DNA of 64,000 nt from positions 113,054 through 177,053 of the forward strand of contig JAVJSW010000004.1 of the NCBI GenBank assembly GCA_040219255.1. Direction: 5' to 3'. The position numbers were made by a program, and so were the translations under genes. Source of the DNA: Sumerlaeia bacterium (lineage in GTDB: Bacteria; Sumerlaeota; Sumerlaeia; SLMS01; JAHLLQ01). A model generated the notes under the pieces. The model saw nothing but the letters and a program-made list of their open reading frames with translations. It was not told the DNA's origin and made no database searches. This document shows, one piece after another, positions 1 to 10,705 of this stretch (position 1 is its first letter; each line of letters starts with the position of its first letter).

Positions 1-2
1 AC

Positions 3-737
3 CTGACGGGATCGCTGGGGCAGGAGCGCTTCGGCTATTGGGTTCGCTACAACTCGCCCAACACGGGGTACACATTGCGGACCCAATACCTGAACCCGGC
101 GAACGGAAGCTGGGTGAACCTGGGAAGCACGACGGGCCGTGCGAACACCGCCTGGCGCTATATCGAGGTCGCTGTCCCAAGCGCCGAGCGCAACAGCGAC
201 AACTTCCGGCTGCGCTTCATGCTCGATGGCGCCACGGGCGACTCGCCCGATTCGTTCGCCTGGATCGACAACCTGACGTTGTTGCCGCCTTCGGGCGATG
301 TCTCCCTCCTGATGGACCGTTTCCAGCCGGCGAACGGCTTCCCGACGACGGTGCGCCCGGGGACGAACGATTGGCTTCTCGAACTGCGTCTTCGCAACTC
401 CGGCTCGCTGACGCCTATCGAGTTCCTCGGCTTCGACCTTTATGTGCAGTCGCGCGACGGCCGCAACATGGCGGACGAGGTGAGCTACGAACTGGCGGAG
501 GGCAATCTGGCGCCCTTGACGAACGGCGAAAACCGGACGCTCAAACTGCGCTTCACCTTCCCGGAAACGATCAAGGAGGACGAGGTGCTGATCGTTCCGC
601 CGACCATTCTCTACCGCCTGGGGCCGAGCGCCCCGACGGAGCGATACGAGGCCGCCGGACCGATGCGGACCGTCGTCCTTTCGATCTTCAAAGGGCAGGT
701 TCCGGCGGATGCTCCAGACGGTTGGTTGGTGAAATAA
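3..737 (+). CDS. hypothetical secreted/surface protein, C-terminal 244 codons (5' end outside window)
   Basis: Frame is open from the window edge ([19 protein letters not shown]...) to TAA at 735-737. Codon usage looks coding. No catalytic motif recognised. Confidence 0.45.
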   Translation: MTGSLGQERFGYWVRYNSPNTGYTLRTQYLNPANGSWVNLGSTTGRANTAWRYIEVAVPSAERNSDNFRLRFMLDGATGDSPDSFAWIDNLTLLPPSGDVSLLMDRFQPANGFPTTVRPGTNDWLLELRLRNSGSLTPIEFLGFDLYVQSRDGRNMADEVSYELAEGNLAPLTNGENRTLKLRFTFPETIKEDEVLIVPPTILYRLGPSAPTERYEAAGPMRTVVLSIFKGQVPADAPDGWLVK

Positions 738-838
738 TCCCCATTATGCGGGGACCAGACTTGACTTGGGGGGCGGCGGTGGGGCCATTTGCTGGCCCCA
801 TTTCGACCTCCTCACCGACGAATGAAGGACCTCTCCGC

Positions 839-2839
839 ATGACCACCACGCAAGCCACCGCCCTGGACATCCCGGCTCTCGAGAAAGCCGCGCTCGCCAT
901 CCGCAGCCTTTCCATCGACGCCATCGAAGCCTCCGACAGCGGCCACCCGGGCTTGCCGATGGGATGCGCCGAGGCGGCCAGCCTCATTTATTTGAACCAC
1001 CTGCGCTACGATCCCAAGCGCCCCGATTGGCCCAATCGCGACCGCTTCGTGCTCTCGGCGGGTCACGGCTGCATGCTGCTCTATTCGCTGCTGCACCTGG
1101 CTGGCTATGGTCTGGACAAGAAGGAAATCGAGAACTTCCGCCAGCTCGGATCGAAGACCCCGGGCCACCCGGAATACGGCCACACCGTGGGCGTCGAAAC
1201 CACCACCGGCCCCCTGGGCCAGGGCGCGGGCAACGCGGTCGGCATGGGTCTCGCCGGCCTGATGCTGGGCGATCGCTTCGGCAAGGACCTGGTCGATTAC
1301 CACGTGTACGCCATCTGCTCGGACGGCGACATGATGGAAGGCGTCAGCGGCGAAGCCTGCTCGTTCGCGGGCCATCATCAGATCGGCAACCTGATTTTCC
1401 TCTACGATGACAATAACATCTCGATCGAAGGCCGCACCGACATCACCTTCAAGGGCGAAAACGTCGGCAAGCGCTATGAAGCCTATGGCTGGCACGTGCA
1501 GCACGAGGTGGACGGCCACGATTTCGAGGCCCTGAACGCGGCCATCGAAGCCGCCAAGGCGGATCCCCGCCCCAGCCTGATCGTGATGCAGACCACCATT
1601 GGCAAGGGCTCGCCCAACAAGGCCGACACCCCCGGCATCCACGGCTCGCCGCTGGGCGCCGACGAAGCCAAGCTGACCAAGGAAGCGCTCGGCATTCCGC
1701 TGGACCAGCCCTTCTGGGTGCCCCAGGAAGCCTACGCCGCCTATGAAGCGCGCGCCAAGGAAGGCGCCGCGCTCTCCGCCGCGTGGGACGAAGCGCTTCG
1801 GGCGTCGTCCAAGCGCGCCGAGTTCGAAGCATTCCTGCGCAAAGCCCCGGTGGACCTGAAGCCCCATCGCCCGAAAGCCGAGCCGGGCAAATCCGCCGCC
1901 ACCCGCAAGACCGCCGGCGCCGCGGAAAACGCCTACGCCCCGCATGTGCCGTGGCTGGTGGGCGGGTCCGCCGATCTGGCGCCTTCGACCAACACGCTGA
2001 TCAAGGACACGACGGCGGTGAAGGCGGGCGATTTCTCGGGCCGCAACATCCACTTCGGCGTGCGCGAGCACGGCATGGGCGCCATCTGCAACGGCCTCGC
2101 CGTCAGCGGCTTCAAGCCCTTCGGCGCCACGTTCCTGCAATTCAGCGACTACATGCGCGCCAGCGTCCGCCTCTCGGCCCTGATGAAGCTGCCCTGCGTC
2201 TGGATCTACACCCACGACTCGATTTTCCTCGGTGAAGACGGCCCAACGCACCAGCCCGTCGAACACGTCGCCGCCCTGCGCGCCATCCCGCGCCTGACGG
2301 TGATCCGCCCCGCCGACGCCGATGAAGCGGCCGTGGCCTGGGAAGTCGCCATCGCCAAGCATGATGGCCCGGTGGCGCTGATCCTGACGCGCCAGAACCT
2401 GCCGAACCTGGACCGGGGCGATGGCAAGCTGGCCGCCGCCGATGGCCTGGAGCGGGGCGGCTATGTACTGCGCCCGGAGAAGGACGGCCGCCAGCCCGAA
2501 CTGATCCTGATCGCCACCGGCTCGGAAGTCCACATCTGCGCCGCGGCGGCGGAGAAGCTGGAAGCCGCCGGCAAGAGCGTCCGCGTGGTCTCCATGCCAA
2601 GCGTCGAACTCTTCGAAGCCCAGGACACCGCCTACCGCGACCAGGTCCTGCCCCCCACGGTGCGCAAGCGCCTCGTCGTGGAGGCCGGCGTGCCCATGGG
2701 CTGGAGCCGCTACGCTACCGAAGACGGCGCCATCCTCGGCATCGACACCTTCGGCGAATCGGCCCCGGCGGAAGAGCTTGCCAAGCACTTTGGCTTTACG
2801 GCGGAGAATGTGGTGAAGCGGGCGGAGTTGCTGGGGTAG
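839..2839 (+). CDS. tkt: transketolase
   Basis: ATG at 839 ([12 protein letters not shown]...) lies inside the longer 38..2839 ORF and gives 666 aa. Diagnostic motifs are [31 protein letters not shown] and GEDGPTHQP. Confidence 0.95.
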   Translation: MTTTQATALDIPALEKAALAIRSLSIDAIEASDSGHPGLPMGCAEAASLIYLNHLRYDPKRPDWPNRDRFVLSAGHGCMLLYSLLHLAGYGLDKKEIENFRQLGSKTPGHPEYGHTVGVETTTGPLGQGAGNAVGMGLAGLMLGDRFGKDLVDYHVYAICSDGDMMEGVSGEACSFAGHHQIGNLIFLYDDNNISIEGRTDITFKGENVGKRYEAYGWHVQHEVDGHDFEALNAAIEAAKADPRPSLIVMQTTIGKGSPNKADTPGIHGSPLGADEAKLTKEALGIPLDQPFWVPQEAYAAYEARAKEGAALSAAWDEALRASSKRAEFEAFLRKAPVDLKPHRPKAEPGKSAATRKTAGAAENAYAPHVPWLVGGSADLAPSTNTLIKDTTAVKAGDFSGRNIHFGVREHGMGAICNGLAVSGFKPFGATFLQFSDYMRASVRLSALMKLPCVWIYTHDSIFLGEDGPTHQPVEHVAALRAIPRLTVIRPADADEAAVAWEVAIAKHDGPVALILTRQNLPNLDRGDGKLAAADGLERGGYVLRPEKDGRQPELILIATGSEVHICAAAAEKLEAAGKSVRVVSMPSVELFEAQDTAYRDQVLPPTVRKRLVVEAGVPMGWSRYATEDGAILGIDTFGESAPAEELAKHFGFTAENVVKRAELLG

Positions 2840-2930
2840 GGCTGCCCACGTGACAGGGAACGCCACGTCAGATAGCGGGATCGGATTGAATGACGCGTAT
2901 CAGGTATAAAGTCATTTCACCTTCGACCCC

Positions 2931-3149
2931 CTAGATTTTCTCCCAATCTTCACGGCTGATACCAATTTGTCGAAGCAGGTTGCCCAGCAGTCCGACGCCT
3001 ATGTCACCTTTGTGCGGATTTGGGATGGTGACAACCAAGTCTCCCCGAACCATGTACGAGTGGTTCCCCCCTGCATAAGGACCTTCAAAGCCAATGTCCT
3101 TGAGAGCGCGAATAAGCTTTCGTCTGCTGATTGGGCCAAAGGGCGGCAT
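2931..3149 (-). CDS. hicA: type II toxin HicA-like mRNA interferase
   Basis: 72 aa starting MPPFGPISRRKLIRALKDIGFEG...GGNHSYMV...GLLGNLLRQIGISREDW, the typical YcfA/HicA layout. Its ATG at 3147-3149 overlaps the upstream stop by 1 nt. Confidence 0.75.
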   Translation of the reverse strand: MPPFGPISRRKLIRALKDIGFEGPYAGGNHSYMVRGDLVVTIPNPHKGDIGVGLLGNLLRQIGISREDWEKI

Positions 3150-3391
3150 CAGTTCGCTTCCTGAACAGCCAGCCGAATACCGTTCATTTCGGGAATCGCC
3201 ATTCCCCTCGAAAGCCTCACCAGCAACCAGCCTTCCAAGACCTCGAGCAATTCCGCCCGGCATTCCTCCAAGGTGGACGCGTTCGCCCAAACCCCTGGAA
3301 AATCAGGGATCTCGCCATAGTACGAGCGGTCGTCCGGCAGAATCTCATAAGTGGCGGATTTCATAGCGGCGTCCAGGTATTGGGTAATCAT
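3149..3391 (-). CDS. hicB: HicB-family antitoxin (short form, no obvious DNA-binding tail)
   Basis: 80 aa from MITQYLDAAMKSATYEILPDDRSYYGEIPDFPGVWANASTLEECRAELLEVLEGWL, which looks HicB/UPF0150-like. It sits immediately upstream of hicA on the same strand. The start is chosen inside the longer 3149..3634 ORF. Confidence 0.65.
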   Translation of the reverse strand: MITQYLDAAMKSATYEILPDDRSYYGEIPDFPGVWANASTLEECRAELLEVLEGWLLVRLSRGMAIPEMNGIRLAVQEAN

Positions 3392-3524
3392 CGCGTTGGC
3401 TTCCTTCGAGCAAGACTCCTGACTCAGCACTCGAATCCTCCCCCACTCCCTCTCCATTGACAACCCCTTCCTCCATCCGTGAGCCTGCCGCCGTTGAATT
3501 CCGGGCGAAAGGGCAGCCCTCTCC

Positions 3525-4427
3525 GTGGCCGATGCCATCCAGCAATTGTCTCCTCCCCCGCCTTCGGACGCCGTGCTCCTTGAGGGAGCGCCGGCCATAT
3601 CCATGCGGGATGTGCGTAAGTCCTTTGGGCCCAAGGTGATCTACCGGGGGCTCGACCTGCGAGTGGAGGAGGGCGAAACGCACGTCGTCATCGGCCGCTC
3701 GGGCGAGGGCAAGAGCGTGCTTCTCAAGCACATCTGCGGCCTTCTGGCGCCCGACTCCGGCGTGGTCGAGGTCGAGGGCTGCCCCGTCGATGCGCACAAG
3801 CCCAAGTCGCTGCGCTTCATTCGCGACCGGGTTACGATGGTGTTCCAGATGGGCGCGCTCTTCGACAGCATGACGGTGCGCAAGAACGTCGGCTTTTACC
3901 TGGATCAGCAGAAAAACAAGCCGCAGGCGGAAATCGATCAGTTGTGCGAGAAGCTGCTGGAGGAAGTGAACCTGCCGAACACGGGGCACTTGCTGCCGTC
4001 CGAGCTTTCCGGCGGCATGCGCAAGCGCGTCGGCCTGGCGCGGGCGCTCGCGGTGGAGCCGCGGATCATTCTCTACGACGAACCGACCACGGGCCTGGAC
4101 CCGGTGACGAGCCAGGTCATCAACGAGCTGATCGTCAAGACCCGGGACCTGCACGCGGTCACCAGCATCGTCGTCACCCACGATATGAAGAGCGCGATGT
4201 ATGTGGGCGATCGCATCTCGATGCTGTATGAGGGCATGATCATCTTCACCGGAACGCCGGGCGAGTTGGAAGATTGCCCGGACCCGGTGGTGCAGCAGTT
4301 CATCCACGGCGACTCCGACGGGCCGATCACGAACAAAGAGTTCGAGGGCGTCCAGCGCATGTCGCAAACGCTGATCAACCGGTCGCAAATCTTGCGTAAG
4401 CTCGACGAATTGGACCGGGAAGAATAG
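3525..4427 (+). CDS. ABC transporter ATP-binding protein, MlaF/Mkl-like
   Basis: GTG start. Walker A is GRSGEGKS, the ABC signature is LSGGMRKR and Walker B is ILYDEPTTGLD. It is followed by an MCE/MlaD gene. Confidence 0.85.
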   Translation: MADAIQQLSPPPPSDAVLLEGAPAISMRDVRKSFGPKVIYRGLDLRVEEGETHVVIGRSGEGKSVLLKHICGLLAPDSGVVEVEGCPVDAHKPKSLRFIRDRVTMVFQMGALFDSMTVRKNVGFYLDQQKNKPQAEIDQLCEKLLEEVNLPNTGHLLPSELSGGMRKRVGLARALAVEPRIILYDEPTTGLDPVTSQVINELIVKTRDLHAVTSIVVTHDMKSAMYVGDRISMLYEGMIIFTGTPGELEDCPDPVVQQFIHGDSDGPITNKEFEGVQRMSQTLINRSQILRKLDELDREE

Positions 4428-4485
4428 CCCTCGCTCTCTTCCCGCCCCCATCCCCAGCATTCCCCATCCGAACGGTGGACAGGTT

Positions 4486-5637
4486 ATGAGCGACAAACGA
4501 ACGAACGACGTCCTGGTGGGGCTGGTGGTGCTGGCCTCTTTTGTGGCGCTGACGGTGATGACGCTGACAATCCGCAGCGAGATGATTCACTCGACGATCA
4601 AGATCAGCGCGATTTACGATAATGTTTCGGGACTCGAAGTCGGCTCGCCGGTGCTCATCAGCGGCATCCGCAAGGGCCGTGTGTCGAGCATCCGCGCCAT
4701 CGAGGACAGCAAGCCCGGTGGCCTGCGCGAGCAAAAGGTGCTGGTGGGAATGATCGTCCGCGACGACATAACCCTCTATTCGAACGCCCGGATCAAGCTG
4801 GTCCAGCAGGGCTTTATCGGAGACAAGCGGGTGGAAATTGAACCGGGATCGGAAGCCGGCGGCGAGCCCATCGCCAGCGGCGCGGTGCTGCCCGGCGTCC
4901 CCCCCATGGACATCGAACTCGCCATCAAGCAGTTCCAGGACATCGCCGACGACGTGCAGGCCACCGTCGCCCAAGTGCGCGACTTCGTCGATAGCGACGA
5001 AACGGTCGGAAACATCTCCAAGGCCCTCGAAGGCGTCGGTCAAACCGTGGAGGAACTGAACCTCTACCTGGCGGACAACCGCGAGAACGTCACCGCCACG
5101 GTCGCCAATGCGCGCTCGATTTCGGACCGCACGGCGGAATACCTGAAGGAGGGCGGAAAAGCGGATCGCATCACCGAGGAAGCGGCGCGGACGCTGGAAA
5201 CGACCCGTGGAGAGGTTCAAGAACTGTCCGCCAAGGCGGAGGACGTGATCGCCCGCGCCGACCGGATCGCCTCCGAACTGGAGCTGACTCTGGGCCATGT
5301 GCGCCGCGACGCCAACCGCGTCAGCGACTCCGCCGTCGCGTTCATGGACACGACCAAGGAAGACTTCAAGGCGCTCTCGCAAGACGCCGCCGAGACGAGC
5401 GAAAACCTGAATGCCATTCTGGGCAAGGTGCGCCGCGGCGAAGGCACCGTGGGCCGGCTGGTCAACGATCCGGCGCCCTTCGAGGACCTGAAGGCGAGCG
5501 CCGAGGCCCTGCGCAACTTCCTGCTCCGCAGCGAACGCGGCTTCTACGACACGCGCATTCCCTACGGAGAAGGCACCCCCCAGCCCATCGAGTCCAATCC
5601 CATGCTGGACCCTGTGCCCGCCGCCATCGACCAATGA
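4486..5637 (+). CDS. MlaD/MCE-domain protein with long C-terminal coiled coil
   Basis: It has an N-terminal TM anchor (VLVGLVVLASFVALTVMTL). The MCE-like core is YDNVSGLEVGSPVLISGIRKGRVSSI. The tail is helical. Confidence 0.8.
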   Translation: MSDKRTNDVLVGLVVLASFVALTVMTLTIRSEMIHSTIKISAIYDNVSGLEVGSPVLISGIRKGRVSSIRAIEDSKPGGLREQKVLVGMIVRDDITLYSNARIKLVQQGFIGDKRVEIEPGSEAGGEPIASGAVLPGVPPMDIELAIKQFQDIADDVQATVAQVRDFVDSDETVGNISKALEGVGQTVEELNLYLADNRENVTATVANARSISDRTAEYLKEGGKADRITEEAARTLETTRGEVQELSAKAEDVIARADRIASELELTLGHVRRDANRVSDSAVAFMDTTKEDFKALSQDAAETSENLNAILGKVRRGEGTVGRLVNDPAPFEDLKASAEALRNFLLRSERGFYDTRIPYGEGTPQPIESNPMLDPVPAAIDQ

Positions 5638-7262
5638 CCCCCAAAGACAACCCATCCGCCCCCGGCGCGGCGCCCCGGCAGGCCGGTCGCTTCGCCCTGA
5701 TGGCGCTCGTGCTGGGCGTTTTCCTGGCCCACCTGCTGGTCACCGGCGCCCACATTCAGTCGCCCGATGGCGAACTGCTCTTTCGCACCGCCGAGTCCAT
5801 CGCGCTCCGGGGCGAACTGAGCGTTCATCCGTTGGAGTACGACGAGGCCAGCGGCCAGCTCCTCGTTCCGCCGCAATTCACCTTCGCCACGGTGCCTGGG
5901 CGGGGCGGGGATTTTTACGCTCAGTACCTGCCGCTTCAATCGCTGCTGGCGGTGCCGCTGGTGTGGCTGGGCGAGTTGACGGCGCCCGCCTTCGCCGGGA
6001 GCTTCGCGCCCACTGTGGACACGCCCTACGGCTCCACGCCAGAGGGGCTCTGGCGCCGGGCCGTGGTGATCGGCGGGTTCAATCCGCTGGTGAACGCCCT
6101 GACGGCCCTGATCCTGGCGCGTCTGGCGGGCTTCCTGACATTGGGCAATCGCCGGGCGGCGCTCTGGACCGCGGGGCTGTGGGGCTTTGGCACGATGGTC
6201 ATGGTGCATTCGCGGACGTTTTTCACCGAGCCCCTCGCGGGGTTGCTGGCGCTGGTGGCGCTGGATCAACTGGTGCGCTGGTTCCACGATCCGCTGACGG
6301 TTGAGACCTCGCGCAAGCGGCTCCTGCGGGTCGTCGTGGCCGGCGCGGCGTTGTCCGGCGCGATCTGGACGCGCATGGATTCGCCGTTCATCGCCGCCGG
6401 CTTTGGCCTGGCGATGGTCGCCGTGGGCGAGTTCAAGCGCCGCCGCGAGAGCGCCTGGGGCGTCAGCGGCGGGTCCTTCCCCTTCCGCGATTACGCGGTT
6501 CTGGCCGCGATCTTGAGTATCGCCTTCTTCGCCCTGGTCGCCTTCAACGCGTGGCGCTTCGACGTGGGGTTCGTGGACGCGCTGACGGGCGGCTACAGCG
6601 ACCAGAGCGAAGGCGTGAAGTTTTCGACTCCGTTCCTGATCGGGCTCCACGGCTACCTGACGACGCCCGGCCGGGGGTTGTTTTTCTTCAGCCCGGCGCT
6701 GATTTTGGGCGTCCTGGGCTGGCGCTGCCTGCCCGCGGGAAGGCGTTGGACCGGGGTATTCATCGGCCTGGCGTGGCTGCCGTTCACGCTGGCGATGTGC
6801 AAGTGGCAGAACTGGAGCGGCGGCTGGGACTGGGGCCCGCGCCACATCGTGCAGTTGCACGCGCCGCTGGCGCTGGGGGCGGCGTTTTGGCTCGCCCGGC
6901 CCGAGGCCCTGCGCCCCGCCCGCGCCGCCATCACGAAAGTCCTTATGGGAGTGGCGGTTTTGGTGCAGCTTTACGGAGCGAGCCAATCGGCGATGGCTTA
7001 TCACCGCGATCTGTTCGTGACCGTGGACGATGGGTTCTATTTCCCCATCGGCTACAATCCGGCGCAGACGGCCCAACTCCAGGCCGAGTTCGTTCTGTCG
7101 CCGCCTCGCATGCCAGCGCGCCAATTGCCCTTCGACATTCTGCCAGCGCCACTGGAGAGCAGCGTCACCACCTGGCGTGTGTCGCCCTGGAACGGCTACC
7201 TGGCGATGTGGCGGGAAGGGATGTGCGACGCCTGGCTGGTGAATCGGGTCCGGGGCGGGTAA
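5634..7262 (+). CDS. polytopic membrane protein, possibly a GT-C-fold glycosyltransferase
   Basis: 542 aa with many hydrophobic segments. The first loop motif SPDGELLFRTAESIAL resembles the acidic first-loop motif of GT-C enzymes. Its ATG overlaps the mlaD-like stop (ATGA at 5634-5637). The functional call is weak. Confidence 0.45.
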   Translation: MTPKDNPSAPGAAPRQAGRFALMALVLGVFLAHLLVTGAHIQSPDGELLFRTAESIALRGELSVHPLEYDEASGQLLVPPQFTFATVPGRGGDFYAQYLPLQSLLAVPLVWLGELTAPAFAGSFAPTVDTPYGSTPEGLWRRAVVIGGFNPLVNALTALILARLAGFLTLGNRRAALWTAGLWGFGTMVMVHSRTFFTEPLAGLLALVALDQLVRWFHDPLTVETSRKRLLRVVVAGAALSGAIWTRMDSPFIAAGFGLAMVAVGEFKRRRESAWGVSGGSFPFRDYAVLAAILSIAFFALVAFNAWRFDVGFVDALTGGYSDQSEGVKFSTPFLIGLHGYLTTPGRGLFFFSPALILGVLGWRCLPAGRRWTGVFIGLAWLPFTLAMCKWQNWSGGWDWGPRHIVQLHAPLALGAAFWLARPEALRPARAAITKVLMGVAVLVQLYGASQSAMAYHRDLFVTVDDGFYFPIGYNPAQTAQLQAEFVLSPPRMPARQLPFDILPAPLESSVTTWRVSPWNGYLAMWREGMCDAWLVNRVRGG

Positions 7263-7409
7263 GTTCCGGCTTTTCAACCGAGGACCCCCTATGCAAGGCT
7301 GGCGTCGCATCCGGCCCGAAAGATGCTCCCCTTGACCTGTCCCCGTGCCCGGGCGATCGATTTCAAGAGGACCCGGGGCGGGATTTCCCACACCCCTGAA
7401 GGACCCGCC

Positions 7410-7982
7410 ATGGAAGAACGCCACATCACCGTCGTCGGCATCAGCGGCAGCCTGCGCAAGGGCTCTTACACGCGGCTCGCGCTCGACGAAGCGCTGCGCG
7501 GGGCGGAAGCCACCGGCGCCCGAGTGCGGGTGTTCGACCCGCGCGAGTTCCCCCTGCCGTTCTGCGATGGGTCCGGAAACGCGGACGACCCCAATGTGGC
7601 TGCCTTGCGCGACGCCGTCGAGAAGGCGGACGGGCTGATCCTGGCGACGCCGGAGTATCACGGTTCGTTTTCCGGGATTCTCAAGAACGCGCTGGATCTG
7701 CTCAGCTTCGATCAAATGGAAGAGAAAGTCTGCGGCCTCGTGAGCGTCCTCGGCGGTCAGAGCAACTCGAACTCACTCAATCATCTGCGCATCGTCTGCC
7801 GCCAGGTCCACTCCTGGGTCGTGCCGCATCAGGCCTCCGTCGGCGCCAGCTACCGGGCTTTTGGCGACGACGGCCAGATCACCGACGAGAAAATCCGCGC
7901 CCGCGTCCGCCGCGTCGGCGAGGACGTCGTCCGCTACGCTCGCCTTCTGAGGGAGAACCCGGAGTTGGCGGAGGTGGAATAG
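7410..7982 (+). CDS. NADPH-dependent FMN reductase family protein
   Basis: MEERHITVVGISGSLRKGSYTR...ADGLILATPEYHGSFSGILKNALD is the typical FMN_red signature. ATG at 7410 lies inside the longer ORF. Confidence 0.8.
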   Translation: MEERHITVVGISGSLRKGSYTRLALDEALRGAEATGARVRVFDPREFPLPFCDGSGNADDPNVAALRDAVEKADGLILATPEYHGSFSGILKNALDLLSFDQMEEKVCGLVSVLGGQSNSNSLNHLRIVCRQVHSWVVPHQASVGASYRAFGDDGQITDEKIRARVRRVGEDVVRYARLLRENPELAEVE

Positions 7983-8109
7983 CCGGCCCGGCAGGCAAGG
8001 CGCAACGTACAGGGGGCGGTTGGCCAAGCGTCGACACCTTGTCCCTTGAACGTCGCGGGCGGAATGCATAGAAACACGCCGGTTATGGCAGGGGAGCTTC
8101 GATCCGATC

Positions 8110-8598
8110 ATGGGCAAACGCGACATCAAAAAACTTCTGAACGATCAAGGGCCCCGGGTGCTGAACAACAATCGGCGCGCGCGGCACGATTATGAGATTG
8201 TGGAGAAATTCGAGGCCGGGGTGGCTCTGCGGGGGTGCGAGGTGAAGTCGCTGCGCGATGGCGGCGGCTCCGTGGCGGAAGCCTACATCCAGCCCCGGGG
8301 CAGCGAGCTTTGGATTGTCGGCTGGTACATTCCGCCGTACACGCACGGTTCGGCCTGGGTCGAAGCGTCGGATCGGGATCGCAAGCTGCTCTTGAACCGG
8401 CGCGAACTGAACGACCTGATTGGCTCGGTGAGCCAAAAGGGCTTCACGATCGTGCCGCTGAAAGTTTACCTGACTGAGCGCGGTCTGGTGAAGATGGAAA
8501 TCGGACTGGCTCGGGGCAAAACCCGGGTGGACCGGCGCCAAGACATCAAGGAGCGGACGGTGAAGCGCGAACTGGAACGGGAGTACAAAGTCCGATGA
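8110..8598 (+). CDS. smpB: SsrA-binding protein
   Basis: 162 aa with NRRARHDYEI, GCEVKSLR, KLLLNRRE and a basic C-terminal tail. Confidence 0.95.
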   Translation: MGKRDIKKLLNDQGPRVLNNNRRARHDYEIVEKFEAGVALRGCEVKSLRDGGGSVAEAYIQPRGSELWIVGWYIPPYTHGSAWVEASDRDRKLLLNRRELNDLIGSVSQKGFTIVPLKVYLTERGLVKMEIGLARGKTRVDRRQDIKERTVKRELEREYKVR

Positions 8599-9734
8599 CT
8601 GGTGCCGCTTCATTTCTCCAGGCGGGGGCCTGCGCGTTGGTGTTCGGGCTGGCAGGAGCTTTCCTGACGCCCCATGCGGCGCGGGCCGCCGAACCGCTGG
8701 TCGAGCGCCAGGGCCGGCCCGGTGAGCAGGATCGCCGCTCCGTTCTCCTCGGCCATGGGATCAACCCCACGGTGTCCTCTTTGGTCGCGTTCCTGGAGGG
8801 TGGATTTTCGCAAAGCGCCGTCGCGCGAGGCTTGCCGACGGATCCGCGGCTCAAGAGCGACATCCTCAACGTGGCGATCCAACACCTCGGGTTCGAACAA
8901 GCCACCGCCGCCGTTCCGGTCCTTTCTCAGATCACGGAAGGTACGATGCCGCTGGGGACCCAGCGTATCATCAACCGCGACGTCGAGCGCCTGCCGGTGG
9001 ATCAGGCGGGGCGGCTGCGGCAGATTTATTCCGGCACCGTACAGATGAACGCCATCGTGGCACTGGGCCTGATCGGCGATCCGGCGGGGGCCGAGTCGGT
9101 GCGGGCGGCCTCGCGCCGCGCCCCCAGCCCCGGCTTCACCGTGGAGGCCGCCATCGCCCTGGGCCTCATGAACGACCGGCGGGCTCTCGAGGAGTTGATG
9201 ACGGTGCTGCGCTCGCCCGAAAGCGACGCGCTGGAGTACGGATTCCAGGGGCTGTTTTTCCTGACCGGCCGTAACTATGGCGTGAACGACCAGACCTCCA
9301 TCGCCCGCCGCCGCCAAGTGGTGGACGAAGCGGCCGAGTGGTATCGCTCGGAGGGCCAGTTCTGGGTGCCGGACCGCACCGCGATTCTGCGCCGGCGGGC
9401 CGAAGGTGTGGGCGATCTGAGGCCCCCACTGACGACGCTGCGGGGGGCTCTGAAGGCATCACGCCGGTTCCAGGACTACGACCTGCGCTACGCCGCGCGC
9501 CAGCGCCTGGCCGGTCTGGGCCCGGGAGACGTGGCGGACCTGCGCGCCATCGTCCAGGACCCCTACGAAGACAACGACGTCCGCCAGTCCGCGATGCAGT
9601 ACTATGCGGCTCTCGATCCGAAGGAAGCGAAGAAGGACCTGAAACGCATCGCCAAACGCGATGAAAACCCAGCCGTCGCGGCCCGCGCCGAAGCCCTCCT
9701 GACCGACATCGATGAACTGCTGAAAGCCGGATAG
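8595..9734 (+). CDS. secreted HEAT/PBS-lyase-repeat protein
   Basis: It has a signal-like N-terminus and repeated AxxALGxxGDxxA-type segments (NAIVALGLIGDPAGAESV, AIALGLMNDRRALEEL). Its ATG overlaps the smpB stop. Confidence 0.55.
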   Translation: MTGAASFLQAGACALVFGLAGAFLTPHAARAAEPLVERQGRPGEQDRRSVLLGHGINPTVSSLVAFLEGGFSQSAVARGLPTDPRLKSDILNVAIQHLGFEQATAAVPVLSQITEGTMPLGTQRIINRDVERLPVDQAGRLRQIYSGTVQMNAIVALGLIGDPAGAESVRAASRRAPSPGFTVEAAIALGLMNDRRALEELMTVLRSPESDALEYGFQGLFFLTGRNYGVNDQTSIARRRQVVDEAAEWYRSEGQFWVPDRTAILRRRAEGVGDLRPPLTTLRGALKASRRFQDYDLRYAARQRLAGLGPGDVADLRAIVQDPYEDNDVRQSAMQYYAALDPKEAKKDLKRIAKRDENPAVAARAEALLTDIDELLKAG

Positions 9735-9818
9735 TTTCCTTTTCCATTCCCCACGGAGAACACCACCGCGAACGCTGGACGTGACCTCTGTGCCCATCAC
9801 CCATCCGAGGATCCTCCC

Positions 9819-10403
9819 ATGACCGCCCCATCAGCCACAATCCCCGCCGCGGATCGCGGCCGTTTCTTCAAGACTCAGAGCGCGCTGCCGGCCTTCGCGG
9901 CGGTGTTCCTCCTGGTCGCCGGAGCGCTGGCCTATGTGTTTTTCGTGGGCCTCGACCCCGATCGGAAACCACCGCGGCGTGCGCCTATGACCTTCGTTCT
10001 GCCCGCCGGGTTTTCCGGTGAAATCAAGGTCCTCTACGAAGTCGAAGGCGCCCCTCCACTGCCGGTGGACGAAGCCGGCCACGTCCTCCTCGACATCCCT
10101 CCCAGCGGGCGATTGGAAACGTCCTCGCCCCTGGAGTATGGTCAATCGGCGGACGACCTGTTCCTGCGGGAATTGACCGGGGGCGGCACGGAAGAGTTGA
10201 ACATCGGCTACCTGAAGCGCCGCGTGAACGGGCTGGAGGGCGACAGCAAGGAATTCTTCCACGACCCCGAGCAAGAACTGCCGCTGCGGCGCCAGGAACT
10301 GGAGCAGCAAGGGCGCCTGGACGCCTCGGGCAACGTCATCAAACCCCCGGCACGGCCCTACCAGATCGTGGTTGTGCGGGACGATTTCGGCGACGAGAGT
10401 TAA
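9819..10403 (+). CDS. hypothetical membrane-anchored protein
   Basis: 194 aa with a single N-terminal TM segment (LPAFAAVFLLVAGALAYVFFVGL). No motif recognised. Confidence 0.45.
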   Translation: MTAPSATIPAADRGRFFKTQSALPAFAAVFLLVAGALAYVFFVGLDPDRKPPRRAPMTFVLPAGFSGEIKVLYEVEGAPPLPVDEAGHVLLDIPPSGRLETSSPLEYGQSADDLFLRELTGGGTEELNIGYLKRRVNGLEGDSKEFFHDPEQELPLRRQELEQQGRLDASGNVIKPPARPYQIVVVRDDFGDES

Positions 10404-10505
10404 TCTTTCGGAAATAACCGATGGTATCGGCCCCGCGCCGGACCGCTGGCCGCCTTAGCGGCGATTGCGGCGCCAGGTGCGGGCCGGAGGACCTGTGCCG
10501 ACCGG

Positions 10506-10532
10506 CGCGCGTGGCGGTGTCCGCCACGCGCG
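10506..10532 (+). terminator. GC-rich hairpin downstream of the 9819..10403 gene (possible terminator, no U-tract)
   Basis: CGCGCGTGGCGG-tgt-CCGCCACGCGCG is a perfect 12-bp stem with a 3-nt loop. Confidence 0.3.
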
Positions 10533-10705
10533 ATCGAGGGGAATTCGCGCCCCACTCCTCCGTGATTTTCACGGCAGCCAGAATACGAGTGCACCAAAGC
10601 GCAAGAACAAGGCAGGCGGCCACCAGCGAGGTCCGGAGGTTGGACTTGAGCGTCTGAGCCGGAGGCGAGCCAACCCACAAGGCGACGGCGACTTTATTCA
10701 GAACC

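Noticed and set aside
38-838. N-terminal 267-codon extension of the transketolase ORF.
   Set aside because: The extension is Arg/Pro/Gly-rich with no protein-like character and overlaps the better-supported 3..737 frame. The canonical transketolase N-terminus begins at ATG 839.
812-2866. 684-aa ORF antisense to transketolase. Similar long antisense or off-frame ORFs occur elsewhere, for example 5562..7715, 14827..17823, 31608..33854, 40365..43145, 43281..47177, 51810..53885 and 58422..59783.
   Set aside because: These are typical shadow ORFs of high-GC DNA. Their translations are Arg/Gly/Ala/Pro-rich low-complexity sequence. Each lies opposite a gene with strong family motifs.
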